This document shows positions 1 to 9,476 of a DNA stretch of 14,133 nucleotides, one piece after another (the stretch's first letter is position 1; each line of letters opens with the position of its first letter). The notes under the pieces are model-generated. The model made no database searches. It was not told the origin of the DNA and saw only the letters and a list, made by a program, of their open reading frames with translations. The position numbers and the translations under genes are program-made. The DNA lies in the NCBI GenBank assembly GCA_009103225.1, contig RHPI01001043.1, positions 1 to 14,133 of the forward strand, written 5' to 3'. Source of the stretch: Chlorokybus atmophyticus. Taxonomy: Eukaryota > Plantae > Mesostigma and Chlorokybus algae.

Positions 1-90
1 TAACCCTAACCCTAACCCTAACCCTAACCCTAACCCTAACCCTAACCCTAACCCTAACCCTAACCCTAACCCTAACCCTAACCCAAACCC
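1..90 (+). repeat. Telomeric repeat array (TAACCC)14 plus one variant unit AAACCC; C-rich strand, i.e. left chromosome end
   Basis: Positions 1-84 are 14 perfect TAACCC units and 85-90 is AAACCC; the reverse complement is the TTAGGG telomere repeat. Confidence 0.97.
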
Positions 91-424
91 CAATCTCATG
101 CGTCGAGGCATGCACCAGGACACTGCGGTAAGAGGAGAGTTAATAACGTTGTCCATTAGAATCTGGATGTCCTCATATATCCTGGGTTTTGGCATCACAT
201 ACAACCATCTTGTGTACTTGGTGCAGGGTGCCCAAAGCGAAACCAATAGCGCCTCCAGCGAGGTGTCAAGGACCACACGCCGCGACTGGCATTTTGAGTA
301 TAAGAGGTACTGTTTGCGATTGTGATGCCTCATATCCCTACTGTGAGACTATAGACGTGGCCACTGAACCTTTGTTTTCAGGATGAGACCGAAACTGGAG
401 CTGGATGCGTTGGAACATCGGGAA

Positions 425-772
425 CATGAAGACTACTGCTTTGTCTGCAAGGATGGGGGCACCATATCTGGCTGCGATGTGGAAGGTTGCTGGAAAAGCT
501 ACCACGCGCACTGTGTCTCTATGCCACCTGTGGAGGATGAATATTGGAAGTGCCCAAAGCATGAGTAAGTGGACTTCATTGCAGCAAATGCTCGGCATCT
601 TGTTGTGAGGAACTTCACTCCTAGAACCATTATCACTTGTACTGAACCAAAACACAGGTGCCATGTGAAGAACTACAACGAAGCAGCTTTTCAAGTCTGC
701 GCGACGTGTCCAAACAGCCTCTGTCGACGGCACGCTGTGGGTAGCATGGTTGAGGTTACGTGCTCGCGATGC
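425..772 (+). other. PHD finger followed by Cys/His knuckle (NSD PHD5-C5HCH / plant NERD-like), split by intron 565-657
   Basis: Spliced peptide HEDYCFVCKDGGTISGCDVEGCWKSYHAHCVSMPPVEDEYWKCPKHECHVKNYNEAAFQVCATCPNSLCRRH...TCSRC has the C4HC3-type PHD spacing with the WxC signature, followed by a CxxCPxSxCxxH motif typical of the NSD C5HCH module. Confidence 0.8.
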
Positions 773-1151
773 GCTGCGTACGAAGAAGGTGGTGCTCCAG
801 CGCAGCTTTCAAGGGAGAGCCTTGCTCGTCGTCGTTTGCTGCCGGGCAGTTGCGGTAGGGTTTCACAACGTGTGCAGAGTGGGGTTCAACACGCTGAAGA
901 GAGTGAGAATGAGGCTAACAATGGTAAGCTGCTGTGTGCTTGAGCTTGTTGATCTGCGTTGTGGTTCTTGCCCAATTTAACCATTTATGGCTGCAGAGGC
1001 AGTCACGATGGAAGTTGACAATGAAGACGAAGAGGGTTGTAATCAGCAACCCACGACGGCTGCGGCAGTTGTGGACCTCGTGGGCAGCGATGATAATATC
1101 ATGGTGCTGGACGATCTAGTCAGCAACCCGCAGCCGACAACACCGCAGCCA

Positions 1152-2258
1152 CTGTTTATTTACCCTAGTGCAAGTGCACGTGATGAGGTGCCAGTGCTTG
1201 AAACGGACAGGAGGTTGCTGGATGGCAGACAAGAGCTCAATGACACCATCCTCCACGTCTTCTGCAGGTATGTGATTTGTTGCGTCTGTGTTATTCGTGT
1301 ATCTCATATGTACGTGGGATGCACATGTAGATACAAGGAAGAGGAAATCTTAGGCAGAGCAGATGGCATTTAGGTGAAGCTGTTCCACCCGCATTTCTAC
1401 ACCAAGATCGTGCGCTGCTATAGACAAAATGACTAGCACACATGCAATCACAGGATAGACAGGTGGGAGAGTGATCCGTTTGCCAAGGACTTGCTGGGAG
1501 TGATTGTCAACCCATACACGCGGTGAGAATAAGCGCCAAGAATATCTTGCTGAATTGCTGCTGTATTTGCAAACTGGAAGTATTTTGATTGTGTACACAG
1601 GACTCACTGGAGTCTGCTGCTTGTGTGCAATCCTGGAGGCCAACTTGGAAGTGACACGCCGCCTTTACTCGTCCATCACGACTCTCTTGGCCTGCATCGC
1701 AACGTTGATGGACCTATGCGCGCTCTTGACTACATGTGGGGCAGAAAGCATGGAAGTCACTCACAACGACGCTTCCCTCCTGAAAACGTACAGCTCTTGT
1801 ACCACAAGTAGCACACGTTGCATTGCACTAGTGATGAGTTTGCATGCATTCTGTCACAAGCAGTGATTGGATGCATGCACATGCATTTGGTTTGCAAGCA
1901 TTGACACATGTTTGTGCAGGTCCCTCAGCAGAAGGATGGAGTTGCGTGCGGGTTGTTTGTCATGCTTTATCTTGACAAGTGTATAGATGGGGTACAAGCT
2001 GGTCCAATTGACCCAAACGCACGGATATTTCAACAGGTACAGTTCATGCATGTGCACTGTAATGTTTACCAGTGGAAGGTGCTTCAATGGCACTGTCGTG
2101 TAGGCCAACACGTGCTTAGTAACCACATGTTATTGCTGTGTGGTTGTGTGCAGATGCAAAGGAGTTGGTTTCATCCTCAAGTGGCAGACAGGTTGAGAAG
2201 ACGATTGCGAACACTCATGGACAGTATGTTAGCACAACAAAGACATGAGTTGAGCTAG
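1152..2258 (+). other. Ulp1/SENP-like C48 cysteine protease domain (within the pseudogene)
   Basis: Motifs occur in the expected order: LFIYP...ELNDTILHVF, VKLFHPHFYTKI, RW...DPFAKDLLGVIVN, THWSLLLV (His 1605-1607), HDSLG (Asp 1680-1682), VPQQKDGVACGLFV (Cys 1947-1949). Confidence 0.85.
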
Positions 2259-2464
2259 TAGTAGCAAGTGGTGTGTAGCATAGCAATGCTGTAGTCCATA
2301 TCAGAGCTGTCCCCCACCATCAACTCAAACCAGCTGTGTAGAATTGCTGAGCAACTCTGGCTTTGACATATACTAAACTGTATATTAAAATTAGCAGTGC
2401 AATCTACTTGGTTTTCAATCACATTCAAGACTTGGCCAAAATGAGAGTATATGTTTATTCGTGT

Positions 2465-2612
2465 GGGGTTGAATATTCACTCACATCTAGGAGTTAGTGC
2501 AAAATGTATTCCTTGGTTTTGGAATGGTGTTGAAAATTCACTCAAAGCTAGGACTTAGTGTGAATCGTACTGCGTAGTTTTAAATTGGTGTTGAATGTTC
2601 ACTCACATCTGT
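2465..2612. repeat. Degenerate 61-bp tandem repeat, about 2.4 copies
   Basis: Units start at 2465, 2526 and 2587, sharing GGKGTTGAAWRTTCACTCAMAKCT; the first two also share AGGASTTAGTG. Confidence 0.85.
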
Positions 2613-3026
2613 GGCATGAAACTGATGAAGGTTACGAATATACATGTGTGACAAGCTGATCAATTAATTATTCACGGGCAGCTGGGACTTGGTGAGTTTA
2701 AGCTGTCTGTTATAGCCATAAGCTTATGCCCCTTCATGAATGTTCAGGCAATGTATAGCTGAATATTTAGCAGAGCACATGCTGTGTCCATTCACAATTG
2801 CATGCCCTTGAACATTCAATTGATTTCAAATGAATACACGAGGTATATGGGTTTTAGAAGGTGGCATTGATTTATCGTGTGGACATTCATGCGATTCATG
2901 GGTGAATGTCGCGATTTCGTTTTGCAGTGATCGCACAGAATGTATGAAAACACTTGAATATTCACTCGATAAAAAGCTGAAACAGTAAATCAAACGAATA
3001 TTCAATGCGTTTGCCATGAATTTTCA
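2470..3026. promoter_or_regulatory. Cluster of nine palindromic TGAA-NN-TTCA-like motifs in AT-rich DNA (putative protein-binding-site array)
   Basis: TGAATATTCA 2470, TGAAAATTCA 2531, TGAATGTTCA 2592, TGAATGTTCA 2737, TGAATATTTA 2760, TGAACATTCA 2809, TGAATATTCA 2955, CGAATATTCA 2995, TGAATTTTCA 3017. The motifs are seen directly; their function is inferred. Confidence 0.5.
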
Positions 3027-4976
3027 TAAATTTGGGGGTCTCAAAATTACCGGCGGATATATGTGCAAAGATGGTAAGACAAGAAGATTACATGTATGAC
3101 GTAACACTGTTTCATTCGTACATGCGGGTCGTGCGGGCATGCAAGAGCACGAACGCATCATGACTGATGGTATGCCGATGGGGGGTAACTAACGAGAGGC
3201 GACACAGGTAACTTATGTGATGGTGAATGCACGTGAGGGGAGCAGCCGGTCTGACCTCATGCAAGTCATGGTCTTGGCCCTTGCGTAAAATGATCGTTAT
3301 AGTCTAATTTGACCGTTGCTGCTTGCCAACAACTGTTATGAGTTTGCGGTCGTAGCCACATGTCTTAAGCCAGTGCCACCGCAAGACCGTACGTTGCCAA
3401 GCCTTTTACAGCTGCCACAAAGACCATAAGATGGCGGGGGAGTGCTAGAGGGCGGAGCAATACATTTTGCAATGCAATGCAGCACATTCTGCAGTGCACT
3501 GCACTGCCTTGTTCTTGTTGCTGTACTACGGCCCCAGCCCGTGGACTAACACATCGTCCGCCCTCGATGGTCCACATGTTGGTCCACAACGTTCTTACTG
3601 CTGCCTGCGCATTGCAATGCACAAGAGCACTAGTGTAGCAATAGTATAGGGCGCCGGGAGTTGGTAGTAATCTATGCAGATCCGCTTCTTGCTTGCTGCT
3701 TGCTACTTGCTACGTTGGCACACTTTGTGTGAGCATGTATACGGGGTCCTGCATCACACATGCTAACATACATGCACACTCGGTTGCTGCGCATGCAATA
3801 GTTCAATGCACGCGCCTCACATATTCACCATCTTCATCATAATTATACCACCACCGCCAAGCTATGTATATGGTATAGGTTAAAACATCATGCAACACGC
3901 TCTACCAAGCTCACACAACACAAGTACAACTACGAGACCACAACCTTGTTCACACACCACCACCTCTAGGCTACAGGGGCTTTCTTTAGGCTAGTCTACG
4001 TGCATGCAAGTGCAAGTGCAAGCGTAGGTAGGGCAGGCAGGGGAGCAGCGGGCGTCACCTGCAGCAGAGGGCAAGAGAGGAGGAGGGTTGGCGTGGTGGC
4101 CTGTTTGATTGATCAACGTGTGTAAAGTGATCGTGGCATGCTGCGCGTGCGTGCTCTCCCTGTGGCACGACCGCCGCCGCCAGCAGAGCAGAGCAGATAC
4201 GATACTGCAACATATCTGTCCTGTTCCCGTGTATGCAAATTAACTGATACCTTATGCTATGGGCTATGCTGTGTTGTAATCCATCAATATTTTTCATAGC
4301 GGCACATCGTGAGCAGCTCTTCTTGCTTGACAGAAAGTATCAATGGCTTCGCAAAGTGCATAGGAGCGTGGTGCTGCACTTGTGGCTTTCACACATGGTT
4401 AGCTGCCACTGCCAATTGTTGCCATGTCGGAGGCTATTGCCTTGGCTGACTTGGTGATGTGGCTTGCTGAATAGTTAATAGCATGCCTGGTAGGCGCGGA
4501 CATGAGCCACTCTCTTGATTGTTAATATTTATTTACGTGGTTGCTCCAAGTTGCGCCAGTACTCATGGCACCACTAAGGCTCAATGCATGTGAGTGCCAC
4601 TGCGCCTCGCATGAATAGCAGCCTATCCATGCTAGTAAGGCGCAAATGCACTAGCAGAGCATGCCCTAATGTGAAAAGCATGCAATTGAACAGATGAGAT
4701 AAATTACGCTCCAAGCAATCATGTAGATATCGTTGGTGTATCGTGCGAAGATTGTTTTATTTGCAAATGTATGCGAATGTGGAGTTGGCCATACCTGGAG
4801 TAATAAAAAGATAACACAGGACGCAACTGGCTCCATCCTCCATACCGCACATAAATGGCATGCCGCACCAATAGCTAGAATTGCGAACCAACCGTGCACA
4901 ATCCAGATACTTTCTGATGTGAAGGCAACAATGTATGTCTGCCTTCACTATTGGTTGCAAAGTTGAACGCTAATCT

Positions 4977-7900
4977 CTAAAGCAAAGGCGACATAGCATA
5001 CCCGCGGCACACGAAGGCAGCCCAGTCCTCCAGGTCCACGTAGTCAATGAGGGAACAAGTCGCATCCTGTACGGCTGCTGCAACAGTCTGTCCTTTGGCC
5101 AGGTGTTCAAACAGCTTCAAAGCATGCAGCTTGGCCACACCCTCGCGGACTGGCCACATGGCGCCAATAGTACAAGGGCAGCCAGCTTGCATGAATGCAC
5201 GATCAACGGCCACAACACCCTCCGTAATGCTTTGGCCATAACTGGAATAGCATGCATAGAGAGCGGCCAACCTCGCCCTCATAGAGTTTTTCAGCGACTT
5301 TGCATCTGCCATTGTCAAAGACGTGCGGTCTGCCATTGCTAGCTCTTGACTGGAGCCATGACAAACTACCAGAAGTGCCTCGCAGGAAGTGTCTTGTATG
5401 TGCCGTAAAAATTTGCCTGCAGTGGTGGGAGCAGTACAGAAGGACAGCGCACGTGCGCCTCTCGGCAGCTGCCGCAGCTGCCCGTTCATAACATCCGCCA
5501 GGTTGTCCTGGGTCCGTGCTGGATCACATGCAAAGAGCCAGCATGGAGAAGTGCTTGCCAAGGAGGTGGTTGTTGTGCGTGTCGAGGTCAATGCCTGCCA
5601 TCGCGTTTGACACTCACCAAGCACAGTGAGTGAAGGCGCCATGGACAAGGTCGCCTTCTGAACCAGGTAGTCGCTGCCGTCATGCAAAGCTGGGAAAGGC
5701 ACGCGTGACAACACCTACGCATACATGTCTTGGATAAGGTCCTTGCGATTTGGCCAAGCTGTTGCATCGTTTACTGTACCAATGGCACGAACGGACTGCA
5801 CGTACCATATCAACCACATAGATCACATGTTTGACTTGGACGTGCTCCTCAACGGGTTTTACAAGGAGCAGGTAGAGTTGTTCTAGCGCCTGTTGGATCT
5901 GTTGCTTACGCTCGGCCCTGCCTTCCGCTTCCACCAAATGGGGCAGAAGGACACCTACCACAAGCTTTACAGCGTCCTGCAGCAAGGGTTTCTTGGGCTG
6001 TCCCTGCCCTGGCTGCATCAAAGTATCTCGCACCCAGCACCGAAACTCGTCTGTTTGCTGTTGTGCCATGCAGGAGGCAAGCTGCCCCTTGCAGCTGAGT
6101 ACAGTAATAAGCACGCCAGGGTGCAACTCCTGGGGCCCATGGTGGTTTGAAGCATTGCACGGCGTGGAGTAGACGATGGCCACTGCACCTTCTGGTAAGG
6201 CTCCGCAAAGAGCGCGTACGGTGTCAAGGTTGCACTCCATAGCAATGCCGCCGGTAGGACCCACATGGACGCCAATGCTGTTGCTGGTTTGGTGGTTGAC
6301 GTCACGCAGCTGCTGAGCGAGAGCAACCTGATGCGCTTGCTCTGTCCAGAAGAATGCCTGCTGCCAATTATGCCTGTGGGCTTCCACCTCCTGTTTGCGC
6401 TCATATGAAAGCGTCAAAGCGAGCAGCGCTCCTTGTGCAGACAGTAATGCAAGGCAGCACAAGCAACAGTGCAATTCAACACGCACCTGGAGGCAGATGT
6501 ATGCAAGATGTGTGGCATTCAGAAGGTCCACCAATGTAGCTTCTGAGGGTGCTGATGCTTGATCTCCGCTGTGGCAGCAAGCCAAAGCCTGCAAACACTG
6601 TTGGGCGTAGGTAGCAACAGCACTCAGACCCATTTCTTCTTGTTCTTGCGGACCGGCGCAAACAATTCGCAGCGCTGCCCAAGCTCGGCTAGCAAACATT
6701 GTTGCCCTTTGGTGCGGAGATGGGCCCACACACGGAGAAAAGCAGCTCTCAATCATTGTATCTAATTCTCGAAACTGCAACACTGCTGCGACGTAATCAT
6801 TTGAGCTGCGCATTCCTGGCATCTCAGATGCAGCGTTGTACTGCGCTGGCAAAGAGTCCCGGAAGACTTGTTTTGCAGTGTCAAGAGCCAAGCGGTACAT
6901 GGAGGGCCGGCCTGTTAACTGGCAGAATGCTTCTTCGCTGAGGGCCTCTGCTTGCTCATGCTCCTGATCACTTGCGCGGATGCGCGCTTGCTCAACCCGA
7001 AGGGCAGCAACGCGCTGCGCACTCACATGGTCAGCACTTGGCAAACGCTGTCCCTCTGGCGGCACACTTGTTTGCTGCAACTTTTGCACATGCTCTTTGT
7101 ACTTGGCTTCATGGTCTTGCTTGAACCGGGCAACCGCCTTCCGCCACTCTCCCGTAGCCCCCTCAGTTTGTTGCCCTGCTGCAATTAGACGCTGCTGCAC
7201 ATCCATGAGTTGCTCGAGCGCATTCACTTCTTGCTTGGAAATTCCTGCCCACAATGACCACATCAACATCGTAACATGCATCGGCTCAACACGCACTCAG
7301 GCCATGCACCACGCAACCACAGGCAAGACAAAGCCACGTTTTGGTAACTTAACCGTGAAGAACTGCGGCTTGCACTCACAGCTGCATCCAACATGCAAAC
7401 ATGCTTGCATACATACCTGGAACTATTTTATCCTTGCGCTCCTCGGCGGCTAATGCCTTCACAGTTTCCAGCACCTTCAACTCTTCCTTAAAGGCGAGTA
7501 CCGCCTCGTCCAGAAGGCACAGAGACGCTCTGGCACAACCCACGGCGTGCAAAATCTGCGCATCTCGCGACAGCCAATCCATCGCCTGACCAGGATTCAG
7601 TTGAATATGATGGGCACTGGTGGACAAAGAGCCATTGACGCATGTGTAGCTGCAGCCAGCATGGAACTCGTCAAACAAATTAAGGGCCTGCTTCGCGTTA
7701 AGCCCGAAGGCCCGGAGGGTAACGGCAAGAACCAAGGCCTCGCTACGTTCAAGGGGATCGGATGAACGGAGGCCATCACAAGAGTTGTTGGCTGAAGCGC
7801 AGAGGTCTATTGAGGTTGCAGCTATTGCCGCAGTCGCTGTGCAATGCAGATAGGGACGCGGGTTAGACCGATGAACACTGCCTCCTTCTGCCACCCATGC

Positions 7901-8232
7901 ACTGCCACCCACGCACGCAAGCAGCTACAGCATTGGCAATGTCACAATAGCACAGAGCGTAGTATACGGGGATATAAAGCACGCGCGCACGCAAGTTGCT
8001 TGCTGGCCATTGCAACAGCATGCAGGCATTTGCTAGCGCACGTCTTTATGGCACAGGCATCGCACGCCACAGCACACTCCAGCTATTGATGGCGTCCATG
8101 GATGCTACTCTCACAAAGAACACACTTGTATTTCCAGCAGCACCCACTTTCTTCAAGAGAACGGATCCCCATTGCAGCCAGCACATCCATGCCTCCTTGG
8201 TCAGACAGGTCCATTTGTAGGCAGCTCTTCAC
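4977..8232 (-). CDS. TPR-like repeat + CHAT domain (caspase/separase-fold) protease; about 860 aa in the modelled exons, 5' end uncertain
   Basis: Exons (minus) 8232-8148 (tentative), 7836-7417, 7244-6487, 6390-5806, 5714-4977 join in frame through GT-AG introns (7245-7416, 6391-6486, 5715-5805). CHAT motifs: LEQLYLLLVKPV..VIYVVD, LSRVPFPALHDG..YL, VVCHG (His 5358-5360), LYAC (Cys 5250-5252), EGVV..RAF..AG, WPV, WAAF..G. A TPR-like helix pair is ILHAVGCARASLCLLDEAVLAFKEELKVLE. Confidence 0.85.
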
Positions 8233-8264
8233 CTGTGTCCTGCACCGGTGCGTGTGTGTAAGGA

Positions 8265-8457
8265 GGGGGGGGGGGGGGGGGGGGGNNNNNNNNNNNNNNN
8301 NNNNNNNNNNNNNNNNNNNNNNNNNNNNNNNNNNNNNNNNNNNNNNNNNNNNNNNNNNNNNNNNNNNNNNNNNNNNNNNNNNNNNNNNNNNNNNNNNNNN
8401 NNNNNNNNNNNNNNNNNNNNNNNNNNNNNNNNNNNNNNNNNNNNNNNNNNNNNNNNN

Positions 8458-8488
<31 letters not shown>
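8265..8488. repeat. Poly-G homopolymer flanking a 172-N assembly gap (probably intronic or upstream of the CHAT gene)
   Basis: G21 at 8265-8285, N at 8286-8457, G31 at 8458-8488. Confidence 0.9.
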
Positions 8489-9058
8489 CGCGAGAAAGTG
8501 ATGGAAACCAACACTTGGTCAGTACCAGTCTGACCAGGGTGCGCACACGCGTGTCTCGTCTGTTGTGATATTGATAATAAGAGGCTGGTTGGCTAGCTGA
8601 CTGTTGCACAGCACTTTGACAAGTATGCAACGTGTAATGCGCGCACACTGCCAATCCTATCAGCATCATCACAACACCATCATGCGTGACACCTCCCGGA
8701 GCAGCGCAGAGTCATGAACCCGCAGCACCAACAGTCACAACTAGGGCAGTCACACAGATTGGGGTAGGTGTGCAGTTGCATGCTGCCAAACGGTAGCGAG
8801 CAGCTGGGGTGTCGTGTACTTGGTCCATGTGAGCGACTCACCCTGTACTCGTACTGTTTCAAGCGGCGGTGCTCACACGGCCGCATGCTCGCTTGCACAC
8901 ACACACGCACACAGTCGCACGCGCCCGAGTACAAGCACACGTGATGATGTTGCTCCCTTGCAGTGCGTTGCCTTGCCTGTGCACCCGCCGCGCTGCGTTA
9001 GTCTTCCTCTTTTTCTCTCGCTCAAGTGGAGAGGCCTCGCTGCCTCCTCCTCCTCTAG

Positions 9059-9261
9059 CGCCGCCGCCGCCGCCAGCCTGCAGCGGCCGCAGGAGAGTGT
9101 TAGGCAATGTTCTGTAGTATTGTATTGTATTGTATTGTATTGTTGTCTCTGTTTGTTTGTTTTTGTGTTTGTTTTTCTGTATGTTTGGGTACGCCACGCG
9201 AGGATCTGGGGGCCGTACTATCAGTCAGGGTCAGGGGGCACGGCGGCGGCGGCGGCGGCGG
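9059..9261. repeat. Simple-repeat cluster: (GCC)n 9059-9074, (GTATT)5 9117-9141, GT-rich tract to ~9187, (CGG)7 9241-9261
   Basis: Read directly from the sequence; lies between the 5' regions of the minus-strand CHAT gene and the plus-strand orphan gene. Confidence 0.85.
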
Positions 9262-9476
9262 TGCAAAGGTGCCAAGGCAAGTACATATTAAAGTTGCGTG
9301 TGCCAGCTCAAAGTTACTAGCGCATGCACAAACGCGCCTGAGATTGACCCGCACGGTGTGTGTGCCTGATACCCCGCAAGCATCCATCCCCAGTCGTTCT
9401 CCCAACCCTCTTTCACGGCCCGCGCATCCAACCCAGGACAAGGACAGCGGCAACGCCGAAGACGACGCGCACCAGC

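Larger units (their letters stand above)
98..2258 (+). pseudogene. Spliced PHD finger/Cys-His knuckle + Ulp1 (peptidase C48, SUMO/sentrin protease-like) gene, probably inactivated and possibly 5'-truncated
   Basis: Exons 98-127, 227-306, 382-564, 658-923, 997-1267, 1331-1522, 1601-1808, 1920-2036, 2154-2258 (1452 nt, 484 codons) join in frame. Seven of eight introns are GT-AG with matching phases. There are in-frame TAG codons at 1371-1373 and 1434-1436. The donor after 1808 reads AAG|TAGC rather than AAG|GT. Confidence 0.8.

Noticed and set aside
1371-1436. Genome-wide reassignment of TAG to Gln (ciliate/aphelid-type code) to explain the in-frame TAGs
   Set aside because: The ~860-codon, Gln-rich CHAT gene has no internal TAG and ends with TAG right after the CHAT domain; gene 1 also ends with TAG. 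This is the standard code.
2465-2612. CRISPR-like repeat-spacer array
   Set aside because: The inter-palindrome segments are themselves homologous (tandem repeat, not unique spacers), there are under three units, the context is eukaryotic, and there are no cas genes.
3060-4970. Short ORFs and scattered splice-like signals between the palindrome array and the CHAT gene (e.g. 3365..3622 -, 4254..4457 +, 4666..4899 -)
   Set aside because: No phase-consistent exon chain or recognisable domain could be built; TGCAN pentamer repeats at ~3468-3508 inflate Cys/His content.
5047-7779. Numerous plus-strand ORFs overlapping the CHAT gene
   Set aside because: They are antisense shadows of a long coding region, with no independent motifs.
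8083-8672. Poly-Pro / poly-Gly ORFs across the gap
   Set aside because: These are artefacts of translating the G homopolymer and Ns.
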